Part shown: positions 26,866-35,117 of the stretch, one piece after another
How the letters are laid out: each line of letters opens with the position of its first letter
Numbering within the stretch: position 1 is the stretch's first letter
Source of the DNA: Candidatus Moraniibacteriota bacterium
GTDB taxonomy: Bacteria > Patescibacteriota > Minisyncoccia > Moranbacterales > GCA-2747515
Direction of reading: 5' to 3'
DNA: 43,666 nt
NCBI GenBank assembly: GCA_029938745.1
Contig: JAOZUJ010000001.1
Span: 1-43,666, forward strand
Made by a program: the position numbers and the translations under genes
Notes under the pieces: generated by a model
The model's input: only the letters and a program-made list of their open reading frames with translations
Told to the model about the DNA's origin: nothing
Database searches by the model: none

Positions 26866-28434
26866 ATGTATTCTCCTGTTGTATTAACTGTTCTTGACGG
26901 ATGGGGTTTGAGCAATTCTCCGGATAACCCGCTTAATCAAATTGAACTCCCAACATTCAATAAGCTAAACACTTATTATCCTCTCGTTGCGCTACAAGCA
27001 TCTGGGATCTCTGTTGGTTTACCTTGGGGCGAGCCAGGTAACAGTGAGGTTGGTCATATGACCATGGGCATGGGTAAGATCTTGTATCAAAACTTTCCAC
27101 GTATTTCTCTTGCAATTCAAAATGGCATCTTCGCACAAAACCCTGCACTAGTAGACGGTATGAAGAAAGTAAAAGAAAATGGAGGCGATTTACATTTGAT
27201 GGGACTTGTTGGTGATGGTGGTGTACATTCTGCACGCGAGCATCTTTATGCTCTCATTGACCTCGCACATACAAATGGTGTAAAAAATGTTTACATTCAT
27301 TGTTTTATGGATGGTCGTGATTCTTCTCCAACTGCAGGCACACGTGTCATCACAGAAATTCAAGAAAAATGTAAGCAACTTGGCGTTGGTGAAGTTGCAA
27401 CAATAATTGGACGAAACTGGGCAATGGATCGTAATAATAATTGGGATCGTGTAGAAAAAGGATATAAAATGCTCGTTAACGGTGTCGGTGAAAAAACAAC
27501 AGACCCACTAAAGTCCATACAAAAATCTTATGATAACGACATCACTGATGAATACATAGAACCATTGATCATTGTGAATAAAAAAGATGAGCCTCTGACA
27601 AAAATAAAAAATGGCGACAGTGTGATATTTTTTAATTTTCGTGAAGATCGCGCACGTCAACTTACAATGGCATTCGTATTGCCAGGATTTGAAAAATTTG
27701 ATCGCGGAGAGCAGTTGAACATTGATTTTGTGACAATGGTTGAATATGATGCTGATCTACCTGCTACCGTTGCATTCCCACCTGAAATACTCAAAAATGG
27801 ACTTGGAGAGACAATCAGTGCACATCACCGCACACAACTCCGCATTGCAGAAACAGAAAAATATGCCCATGTTACATACTTTTTTAATGGCGGTGAGGAG
27901 GAGCCCTATGAAGGAGAAGATCATCTCCTTATACCATCACCTGCCGTTGATAAATTTGATGAACAACCAGCTATGAGTTCTTATGAATTAACAGATAAAC
28001 TGATTGAAAATATCAATGAAAAAGAATACGACCTCATCGTTGTTAACTATGCTGCTGCTGACATGGTTGCACATACAGGTAATGAACCGGCTGCAAAAGA
28101 GGCTGCAAAAGCTATTGATATTTGCCTTGATAAGCTCATAAAGGCGACACTCCTCAAGGGCGGTTGCTTATTTATCACAGCGGACCATGGGAATATTGAG
28201 ATCATGCGTAATTCTCATACTGGCGAAGTGGACACAAAACACAACACAAGCCCAATTCCACTATGGTATGTCTCACCAGATAATCACAGAGAGCGGGATG
28301 AATCCGAGATCATACGCAATCAAACAGAGATCCGTGGACTGATGAGTGATATTGCACCAACAATTCTCGATGTTATGGAAATTCGAAAACCTGATGACAT
28401 GCAAGGAGAAAGTTTACTGTCATCTCTTAAATAA
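26866..28434 (+). CDS. gpmI: 2,3-bisphosphoglycerate-independent phosphoglycerate mutase
   Basis: 522 aa; LDGWG, GNSEVGHM (catalytic Ser), C-terminal ADHGN metal-binding motif. Confidence 0.95.
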   Translation: MYSPVVLTVLDGWGLSNSPDNPLNQIELPTFNKLNTYYPLVALQASGISVGLPWGEPGNSEVGHMTMGMGKILYQNFPRISLAIQNGIFAQNPALVDGMKKVKENGGDLHLMGLVGDGGVHSAREHLYALIDLAHTNGVKNVYIHCFMDGRDSSPTAGTRVITEIQEKCKQLGVGEVATIIGRNWAMDRNNNWDRVEKGYKMLVNGVGEKTTDPLKSIQKSYDNDITDEYIEPLIIVNKKDEPLTKIKNGDSVIFFNFREDRARQLTMAFVLPGFEKFDRGEQLNIDFVTMVEYDADLPATVAFPPEILKNGLGETISAHHRTQLRIAETEKYAHVTYFFNGGEEEPYEGEDHLLIPSPAVDKFDEQPAMSSYELTDKLIENINEKEYDLIVVNYAAADMVAHTGNEPAAKEAAKAIDICLDKLIKATLLKGGCLFITADHGNIEIMRNSHTGEVDTKHNTSPIPLWYVSPDNHRERDESEIIRNQTEIRGLMSDIAPTILDVMEIRKPDDMQGESLLSSLK

Positions 28435-28448
28435 ATACTAAAATAATT

Positions 28449-28477
28449 AAAAACTCCGCCACATTGGCGGAGTTTTT
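28449..28477. terminator. bidirectional terminator between gpmI and clpP
   Basis: aaaaactccgcc / ggcggagttttt stem with a 5-nt loop; A-run and T-run flank it. Confidence 0.8.
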
Positions 28478-28499
28478 AATTTTAGTATTATATGCTTGG

Positions 28500-29078
28500 T
28501 TATTTCACAATTTTATCAACAATGCCATATTTTTTTGCTTCTGCCGCACTCATGAAATTATCTCTATCACTATCTCTCTCTATCACTGATATTTTTTGAC
28601 CTGTGTGCTTAGACATTATTTTATTCAGCTTTTCCTTGGTCTTCAAAATATGTTTTGCATGGATATCAATATCACTTGCTTGTCCCTGCGTCCCACCAAG
28701 CACTTGATGAATCATTACTTCTGCATTTGGCAAGATCATCCGTTTTGTTTTTTCACCAGATGCTAAGAGCAGAGATGCAGCTGACGCGGCAGTACCGATA
28801 CAAATTGTTGATACATCTGATTTAATATATTGCATTGTGTCATAAATTGCCAATGCACTTGTCACAACACCACCTGGAGAATTGATATACATTTTTATAT
28901 CTTCATCACTTCCCTGTGCCTCCAAAAATAACAATTGTGCGATGATACTATTTGCAACATCATCATCAATTTCTGTACCTAAAAAAATAATACGATCCTT
29001 CAAGAGTCGTGAATAAATATCATACGCTCGCTCAACTTGTCCGCTCTTTTCTATTACTGTTGGAATTATGTAATTCAT
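28500..29078 (-). CDS. clpP: ATP-dependent Clp protease proteolytic subunit
   Basis: 192 aa; [19 protein letters not shown], catalytic Ser context [12 protein letters not shown] His context. Confidence 0.95.
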   Translation of the reverse strand: MNYIIPTVIEKSGQVERAYDIYSRLLKDRIIFLGTEIDDDVANSIIAQLLFLEAQGSDEDIKMYINSPGGVVTSALAIYDTMQYIKSDVSTICIGTAASAASLLLASGEKTKRMILPNAEVMIHQVLGGTQGQASDIDIHAKHILKTKEKLNKIMSKHTGQKISVIERDSDRDNFMSAAEAKKYGIVDKIVK

Positions 29079-29094
29079 ACTTTACTGTTTATAC

Positions 29095-29160
29095 GTAGTG
29101 ACACCCTTTATGGGTGTCATGCTGACATATTGCACTAACAGGCACAAGACCTGTCACTAC
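29095..29160 (-). other. structured 66-nt element in the tig-clpP spacer
   Basis: 9-bp closing stem gtagtgaca / tgtcactac. Internal 7-bp hairpin gacaccc / gggtgtc shares 2 nt with the 5' arm of the closing stem; on the transcribed minus strand this overlap falls on the 3' arm. The two pairings therefore partly exclude each other. Confidence 0.4.
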
Positions 29161-29170
29161 ATAAATTAAT

Positions 29171-30460
29171 TTAAAGTTTCTCAAGTCGATCGAACACTTC
29201 ATTATTTCGCATTACACCTTTTGTATATTCATACAGTTGTTCCATATCAATATTTTTTTCCATATCCTCAACACCCTTATACATTGCCAATGTTTTGTTC
29301 ATCTCTTGTTCAATGTCCTTACTATCAATATTAATTTCTTCTTCATCAGCAATTTGCTCCAAAACTAATGCACTCACAACACGCTTTTTTGCTTGAGGTG
29401 CCCATTCTTTTTCTAGATCTTCACGCTTTTTACCAATTTTTTCTAGATACTGGTCAAAATTCATGCCACTTTGCGAAAGTTGTTGTTCAAATTCCCCAAC
29501 CATTCGTTGCATCTCATCGTCAAGAATCACTTGTGGTAAATCGATTTCTATCATTTGTGCAAGTGTGTCAAGATATTTTGTTCGCACTTCTTCCTCTCCT
29601 TTTTTTGCACGTTCTTTTGTCATACCCTCCTTAACACTTTTTTTCAGATCATCTAAATTTTTGAATTGCTCGCCCAAAGATGCTGCAAATGCATCATCAA
29701 TTTTTGGCGTAATACGCTCTTCCACAACATTAAGTGTCACATCAAACTCCGCCTTTCTCCCTGCAAGATGTTCAGCATGATATTCTTTCGGAAATTCTAG
29801 CTCAAAAGTTTTTTGTTCACCCTTTTTCATACCAATGACCTTTTCTTCAAATCCTGGTATAAAGACACCCTTACCTAACACAAGTGTATGATCTTTACTT
29901 GTGCCATTTTCTATTACAACACCATCTTGTTTTACAATAAAATCAACTTTTACACTATCGCCGTCTTGTGCTGCACGCTCAACTTCATTGTGCTGTGCTC
30001 GACTGTTTGCAACATGTTTTAATTCCTGCTCAACCTCATCATCAGTGATATCAATCTCTACATCTTTATCTTCACTATTGATTTTTTTGATCTCATTTTT
30101 CCACTTTTTTGGCAAAACAATTTCTGGCAAAATTGCAACGGAAAGCTTAATTTCAATATCATTTCCCTCTGCTAATTTTGTAATACTCACACGTGGTGCG
30201 CCAATTGTTTTGAGTGATTCTTTGTCCAAAATGTCTGCATAATATCCACGCAACATCTTATCTGCCACTTCTGACAGTAATTTTACACGATCAACTTGTG
30301 CCTCAGCAATTTCACGTGGCACTGCACCTTTACGAAATCCTTTTACTGATACATTTTTTATTGATGCATCCATCATTGTATCAAATTCTTTGCCTGCATC
30401 ACTCCATGGAATGGTTACATCAATTTCCACTTCGTCACCTTTTTCAATTTTATAATCCAT
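29171..30460 (-). CDS. tig: trigger factor
   Basis: GFRKGAVP ribosome-binding signature, central FKBP-type PPIase region, C-terminal helical arm domain. Confidence 0.95.
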   Translation of the reverse strand: MDYKIEKGDEVEIDVTIPWSDAGKEFDTMMDASIKNVSVKGFRKGAVPREIAEAQVDRVKLLSEVADKMLRGYYADILDKESLKTIGAPRVSITKLAEGNDIEIKLSVAILPEIVLPKKWKNEIKKINSEDKDVEIDITDDEVEQELKHVANSRAQHNEVERAAQDGDSVKVDFIVKQDGVVIENGTSKDHTLVLGKGVFIPGFEEKVIGMKKGEQKTFELEFPKEYHAEHLAGRKAEFDVTLNVVEERITPKIDDAFAASLGEQFKNLDDLKKSVKEGMTKERAKKGEEEVRTKYLDTLAQMIEIDLPQVILDDEMQRMVGEFEQQLSQSGMNFDQYLEKIGKKREDLEKEWAPQAKKRVVSALVLEQIADEEEINIDSKDIEQEMNKTLAMYKGVEDMEKNIDMEQLYEYTKGVMRNNEVFDRLEKL

Positions 30461-30516
30461 TATATTTAGTACATTAACAATTAACCCTTTAGAAACTAGT
30501 CTATTTTATTACTTTA

Positions 30517-32037
30517 CTATTTTTCTTCCTTGTCCGCCGCCTGCCTGCCGGTAGGCAAGGTAGCTTTAGCGGAAGAGGATTCTGTATCATCTTTTTTCTC
30601 TGATTCTTCTACAACATCTTCTTTCTCTTCCTTTTTTTCTACATCCGTCTCGCCATCATTTTTAGCATCGGCGGATTCACTTTCTTCCACATCCTCAGTT
30701 TCTTTTTTCACATCATCAATCACTTCACCCTCATCAACGCCACTTTTGGTTATCTTTTCTTCTGTTGACTCATCAACAGATTTTTCTTCCCCTGTCTCGC
30801 CAGAGCCTTTGGCGTCGGCGGATTCCACATCTTCACCAGGAACACTGCTTTCATCAACAGATACAACATCCAAATCCCAACCGGTTAATTTCACAGCAAG
30901 TCGCACATTTTGTCCACGCTTTCCGATTGCAAGTGATAACTGATCATTTGGTACGATTACTGTTGCTTTTTCCTTTTCTTCATCAAGTTCGACAGCAACT
31001 ACCTTTGCTGGTGATAACGCTGCTGTAATATATTCTTCTCTATCCTCACTCCATTCTATAATATCTACTTTTTCTCCACCAAGTTCATCAATAATTGCAT
31101 TCACACGTGTCCCTTTTTGTCCCACACATGAACCAATCGGATCAATTCCATCTTCTTCTGTATACACTGCAACTTTACTACGAGATCCTGCCTCACGTGC
31201 AATTGCTTTGATCTCTACAGTTCCAGCAAAAATTTCTGGTACTTCCAATTCAAATAAACGTCGCAATAATTCTGCATGCACACGTGATAATTTGATACCA
31301 GGTCCTCGTGTATCAAGTTCTACACTTTCTACATAAACTTTGACACGTTGTCCCGCATTATATCTTTCACCATGCACCTGTTCACGCGGCAAAAGCACAC
31401 CAACAGATTTTCCGAGATCAACAAATACATTTCTACCCTCTACACGTTGTACTGTACCAGTAACAACTTCACCTTCCTTTTCTTTGTATTCTGTGTACAT
31501 TGCATTTCGTTCTGATTCCCGAATACGCTGAATAATGACCTGTTTTGCCGTTTGTGCTGCTACACGACCGAAATCTGTATATGATGGTAATTCTTCTTCT
31601 ACAAACGCGCCGAGCTCTGCATCGCCATATGTTTCTTTTGCTTCTTCAAACATGATATCGCGCTCTGGATTGAATCGTGGTTTTCGCTCTTCTTCATCTT
31701 CTTCTGCTGTAACAATATCCTGTACTTCTGCAACCTCTTTTTCCTCACCTTTTATCACCACTTCTGCATCTGCTAAAGCCGCTAGATCAACAAACTCACG
31801 CGTTGTGTCATCCACAACTTCTTTCACCAAAAAAAAGTTCATATCCCCAGATACACTATTGAGCTCTGCACGCACATTTTGTCCACGCTTACCATATTCT
31901 TTTTTGTATGCTGCTGCGATTGCTGTTTCGACTGTTTCCATCACATCATCAACGTCAATACCTTTTTCTTCTGCAAGTGCAGTTATTGCACCCGTAAAAT
32001 CACTAAATGGATTTTTTTCTTCTGTTGCTTTTGCCAT
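30517..32037 (-). CDS. nusA: transcription termination/antitermination factor NusA with long acidic C-terminal extension
   Basis: S1 domain (GEVVTGTVQRVEGRNVFVDLGK), KH1/KH2 (GSCVGQKGTRVNAI, AIGKRGQNVRLA), then about 115 aa of D/E/K-rich tail with the repeat ESADAK(G/N)xGET. Confidence 0.93.
   Translation of the reverse strand: MAKATEEKNPFSDFTGAITALAEEKGIDVDDVMETVETAIAAAYKKEYGKRGQNVRAELNSVSGDMNFFLVKEVVDDTTREFVDLAALADAEVVIKGEEKEVAEVQDIVTAEEDEEERKPRFNPERDIMFEEAKETYGDAELGAFVEEELPSYTDFGRVAAQTAKQVIIQRIRESERNAMYTEYKEKEGEVVTGTVQRVEGRNVFVDLGKSVGVLLPREQVHGERYNAGQRVKVYVESVELDTRGPGIKLSRVHAELLRRLFELEVPEIFAGTVEIKAIAREAGSRSKVAVYTEEDGIDPIGSCVGQKGTRVNAIIDELGGEKVDIIEWSEDREEYITAALSPAKVVAVELDEEKEKATVIVPNDQLSLAIGKRGQNVRLAVKLTGWDLDVVSVDESSVPGEDVESADAKGSGETGEEKSVDESTEEKITKSGVDEGEVIDDVKKETEDVEESESADAKNDGETDVEKKEEKEDVVEESEKKDDTESSSAKATLPTGRQAADKEEK
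30528..30576. repeat. GC-rich hairpin mini-element embedded in the last codons of nusA
   Basis: ccttgtccgccgcctgcctgccggtaggcaaggtagctttagcggaag. Inner hairpin tgcct/aggca; outer pairing ctt(gt)ccgc / gcggaag. It is strikingly GC-rich in an AT-rich window. Confidence 0.55.
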
Positions 32038-32191
32038 ATGTTTAATAAATTATTATATTACTAGTTTAATTTACTCAATTTAGATTATTTAACAGGGTAA
32101 ATAAAAAATTCGTGTCTACCGACCCGAATCATAAACAAACCATGTCTCTTTCATGTATCTATACTAACAATATTAAGCATGTCAGTCAACC

Positions 32192-32220
32192 TTGACAACA
32201 TATGATATATATGCTATAAA
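32192..32220 (+). promoter_or_regulatory. sigma70-type promoter for 32265..32507
   Basis: TTGACA (32192-32197), 17 nt, TATAAA (32215-32220); GGAGG RBS before the ATG. Confidence 0.6.
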
Positions 32221-32264
32221 TTATGTAAGCTATTTAAACAACTCAACCATATGGAGGAACTATC

Positions 32265-32507
32265 ATGTTTTGTTCAAATTGTGATCTTGCAATACCCATT
32301 CCATTAGAAGAAATTGGCCATAATATTTACCAATGTCCGCGCTGTGGCATGATTCGTACTAGGTCACTTGGAGGCGGTTTCAACGACCGTTCTCATGAAG
32401 AATATGAAAACGAAATTGTTGATGGACTCAAAACAGTTGGCAAAGTTGTTGGTACAGTCGCCATCGGCGCATTAATACTTGGTGCTATAGCCTCTGACTC
32501 TAGCTAA
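32265..32507 (+). CDS. small zinc-ribbon protein with C-terminal membrane anchor
   Basis: 80 aa; CSNC...CPRC zinc ribbon; C-terminal hydrophobic VGTVAIGALILGAIA. Confidence 0.55.
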   Translation: MFCSNCDLAIPIPLEEIGHNIYQCPRCGMIRTRSLGGGFNDRSHEEYENEIVDGLKTVGKVVGTVAIGALILGAIASDSS

Positions 32508-32533
32508 AACCCTAAACAAATCTGCAACTGACT

Positions 32534-32566
32534 AAACTTGGTGTATAATATATATCAAGTTTTTTA
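32534..32566 (+). terminator. terminator after 32265..32507
   Basis: aaacttg / caagttt stem followed by a T-run. Confidence 0.45.
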
Positions 32567-32599
32567 TTTATTTAAATATAAAATCCACAATATATCACA

Positions 32600-32628
32600 T
32601 TGACAAAACTCCAAAAATGTGCTATATT
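32600..32628 (+). promoter_or_regulatory. sigma70-type promoter, cassette A (duplicated copy 1)
   Basis: TTGACA (32600-32605), 17 nt, TATATT (32623-32628); identical to the copy at 33459-33487. Confidence 0.65.
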
Positions 32629-32748
32629 TGTTTGTTACAGCATTATAGTGCTTCAAAGTACACAAAACTGTAATTTTCGGTAAACTTACTGCTTTTATAA
32701 GCAAAATTATAGAACTGTTATCAATTCGTTAACAAATGGAGAATAAAG
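32629..32748 (+). promoter_or_regulatory. conserved ~120-nt 5' leader, copy 1
   Basis: Roughly 88% identical by eye to 33488-33607. Stems ttacag/ctgtaa (32635-32640 with 32668-32673), tgctt/aagca, and gaactg-ttat-caattc (32712-32727) just before the RBS. Confidence 0.55.
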
Positions 32749-33231
32749 ATGAAAGCAAATGAATTAAAAAAACTTCAGAAAACCACTAACCCTATCAGTG
32801 CATTTGCACAAAAGTTTGATGCTCATGCCAAAAAGCACGCGAAATCATTATGGTACGCACTACTTCTCTTAATCATCCTACTAATAACAGCAATGGTGGC
32901 AGGAGTTTGGTGTAATATTCACGGATATCGTGAAATAAATTATTACATTGCAATTGGCGTATTTATTGTGTCGTTGGTAATGTTCACGCGACCAGAATTG
33001 CTCATAGCATTGTTGAAAATGGATATCATAAATATGTTCGTTCCTCAAAAATTCCAACTGGATCTAGAGGATACCATACTCATGTCGTTTCTGCACATTG
33101 TGAAGCGTACAACTGCATTTTGTGTTGGTGCGTTTCTGTTTCTTGGATATATACCAATTAAGGATAGTGTGGAATTATTTATTCTATTATTAATTGGTTC
33201 AATCATATTTATTCTAATATACACCGAATAA
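32749..33231 (+). CDS. hypothetical 4-TM membrane protein (cassette A cargo)
   Basis: 160 aa; basic N-terminus then four hydrophobic helices; GGAG RBS. Confidence 0.55.
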   Translation: MKANELKKLQKTTNPISAFAQKFDAHAKKHAKSLWYALLLLIILLITAMVAGVWCNIHGYREINYYIAIGVFIVSLVMFTRPELLIALLKMDIINMFVPQKFQLDLEDTILMSFLHIVKRTTAFCVGAFLFLGYIPIKDSVELFILLLIGSIIFILIYTE

Positions 33232-33263
33232 ACAGAAAGGTTCTGCTATAGTATGAAAAAAAT

Positions 33264-33304
33264 CATATGCAATTTTCCAACAGTTTGGGATTGCCACACT
33301 CTGA
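33264..33304 (+). pseudogene. orphan 3' gene fragment homologous to the end of 34753..35037
   Basis: catatgcaattttccaacagtttgggattgccacactctga matches 34997-35037 (YAIFQQFGIATL stop) with 3 substitutions. An in-frame TGA lies just upstream, so it is no longer attached to a gene. Confidence 0.6.
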
Positions 33305-33312
33305 AAACTAAG

Positions 33313-33345
33313 GCACAGTGCGTTATATAACGCCCTGTGCTTTTT
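33313..33345 (+). terminator. intrinsic terminator, cassette A (duplicated copy 1)
   Basis: gcacagtgcgtt / aacgccctgtgc stem with one mismatch, followed by TTTTT. Confidence 0.7.
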
Positions 33346-33458
33346 ACTGTTTCACAATCTTAAAATATACCTCACAATCCCCTTTTTTTAATCTATTACA
33401 CGATATTCAAAACTTGCGTCATAATAGCCAGCATTACAATAAAAATTATATACGCCTA

Positions 33459-33487
33459 TTGACAAAACTCCAAAAATGTGCTATATT
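33459..33487 (+). promoter_or_regulatory. sigma70-type promoter, cassette B (duplicated copy 2)
   Basis: TTGACA (33459-33464), 17 nt, TATATT (33482-33487). Confidence 0.65.
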
Positions 33488-33607
33488 TACTTGTTACAGT
33501 ATATAGTGCTCTCAAAGTACCTAAAACTGTAATTTTCGGTTAAACTTACTGCTTTTATAAGCAAAATATAGAACCGTTATCGGTTCGTTAACAACAGGAG
33601 AAAGATC
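33488..33607 (+). promoter_or_regulatory. conserved ~120-nt 5' leader, copy 2
   Basis: Paralog of 32629-32748. The hairpin gaaccg-ttat-cggttc (33571-33586) is perfect here and shows a compensatory t-a to c-g change relative to copy 1. Confidence 0.55.
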
Positions 33608-34756
33608 ATGATGAATTGGATTACAAATACAGCCCAGGGTCTCGGACATACGGATTTTCCCATTAGTACGATATTATTTTATGCCGCTGTTATTACAGTA
33701 AGCGTGACCTTTATGATATTTATTGTATTAATAAAAATTATTCCGGTTTTTCGAAGAGGTGAAGAAGACCTGTATGAAAAAGCCACTAAGACCATACCAA
33801 CCGCCAATGGTAAAGGTTGTGAATTTGAGTTGAACAGAGCAAGTGTTTCAAATGAAATGAGCTTGTATGGCATATTGATGTTTTGCTTTATCTGTATTGC
33901 ATGTTTTGTATCGTATTTTTTTGGTGCAACAAACATGTTACTTATGGCCATTGCCAGTGGAGCTTTATGGGTAAATATTTACGTATCTGTCGGCTGGACT
34001 GAAGTACTCGCAAAAGAGTTTATTATTATTGAAGAATACGGAAATTTTAAACGCGCAATTCTACCAGGTCCTCGCATACTGTGTTTGCCTGGAATCGTTG
34101 ATAAAAAAACACATTTAGAGTACAGCACTAAAAGGGAGGGTATAAAGTTTTTTCAAGGTGAAATGACAAACTGTATGGTGGATTTTACGGATGGTTATTC
34201 TGCATCAACTGAAATGACTGTATATTTTGACATTGACAATCCGATATTATGGGTTTACCGAATTAACGAGGCAGTGGTATGGCTTGAAGATCAAATATTC
34301 CGCGTTGCACAGCAATGCCTAGAAGAAAAGGATTTAGCGTATGCAACTAGTCATAAAATACCTATCGCCAAAGATGTTCTTGGAATACACTTAAGACTTG
34401 GTGAAACAGAGGATACGCTAGAGAAGCAAGTCAACACGCAGCTTGGTATTAAACTCACCAGTTTTATTATCAATGACATTGATATTCCGCAAGAAATCAA
34501 AGATATGCGCATGGAAGAGCGGCGTGGTATTGTGGACAGCGAAAAGCGCGTTGCAAAAGCTAAGGGTTACGAGAAAGCCATTCAGGCAATCAGAGACACC
34601 TATGAAAAGATTTATGGAAAAGAGATGTCTCGTGATGATGCAAAGAAAGTGTATGACGAAAACCAAAATCGTGAAATGTTATCGGGTGCAAATGTAACGA
34701 TTATGGGTGGCGACATACAGAACATGGTCAAAACATTAATTGGAGGCAAAAAATGA
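33608..34756 (+). CDS. SPFH/band-7 (stomatin/flotillin-like) membrane protein
   Basis: 382 aa; N-terminal TM helices, then FIIIEEYGNFKRAILPGPRILCLPGIVDK and GIKLTSFIINDIDIPQEI typical of SPFH domains; C-terminal charged helical region. Confidence 0.8.
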   Translation: MMNWITNTAQGLGHTDFPISTILFYAAVITVSVTFMIFIVLIKIIPVFRRGEEDLYEKATKTIPTANGKGCEFELNRASVSNEMSLYGILMFCFICIACFVSYFFGATNMLLMAIASGALWVNIYVSVGWTEVLAKEFIIIEEYGNFKRAILPGPRILCLPGIVDKKTHLEYSTKREGIKFFQGEMTNCMVDFTDGYSASTEMTVYFDIDNPILWVYRINEAVVWLEDQIFRVAQQCLEEKDLAYATSHKIPIAKDVLGIHLRLGETEDTLEKQVNTQLGIKLTSFIINDIDIPQEIKDMRMEERRGIVDSEKRVAKAKGYEKAIQAIRDTYEKIYGKEMSRDDAKKVYDENQNREMLSGANVTIMGGDIQNMVKTLIGGKK

Positions 34757-35037
34757 CGGAAGGCATATTCATCAGTATTTTTGTAATCATCGGAAGCTCT
34801 TTCTTTCTAAAGATTTTGATGAAAAATAGCACTCGAACTACTGCAGATGGCTCAGTAAGAACGGGCTTGAATGTCGTAATATTTTTCAAAAAAATGTTCG
34901 GGATATTTCGGATATTTCCCTTAATATTTCAACTCACATTAGATGCAATTCGATGTATTGTCGCATTTGTCATCTGCGGTGGAGTAGCATTACTTGCATA
35001 TGCAATTTTCCAACAGTTTGGAATTGCTACACTCTGA
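34753..35037 (+). CDS. small 3-TM membrane protein translationally coupled to the SPFH gene
   Basis: ATGA start/stop overlap with 33608..34756; GGAGG RBS inside the upstream gene; hydrophobic 94 aa. Confidence 0.5.
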   Translation: MTEGIFISIFVIIGSSFFLKILMKNSTRTTADGSVRTGLNVVIFFKKMFGIFRIFPLIFQLTLDAIRCIVAFVICGGVALLAYAIFQQFGIATL

Positions 35038-35045
35038 AAACAAAA

Positions 35046-35078
35046 GCACAGCGCGTTATACAACGCCCTGTGCTTTTT
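35046..35078. terminator. bidirectional terminator (duplicated copy 2) between cassette B and the pilin array
   Basis: gcacagcgcgtt / aacgccctgtgc stem; T-run on the + side, and an A-run upstream gives a T-run for the minus strand. Confidence 0.7.
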
Positions 35079-35117
35079 ACTTATTTCATAATTCAAAAAT
35101 CTTGCGTCTTTTCCAGA

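Noticed and set aside
30530-32083. Two long + strand ORFs (137 and 182 aa) antisense to nusA
   Set aside because: They are Ser-rich low-complexity translations of the complement of the acidic (GAA/GAT-rich) nusA sequence. The nusA domains on the minus strand are unambiguous.
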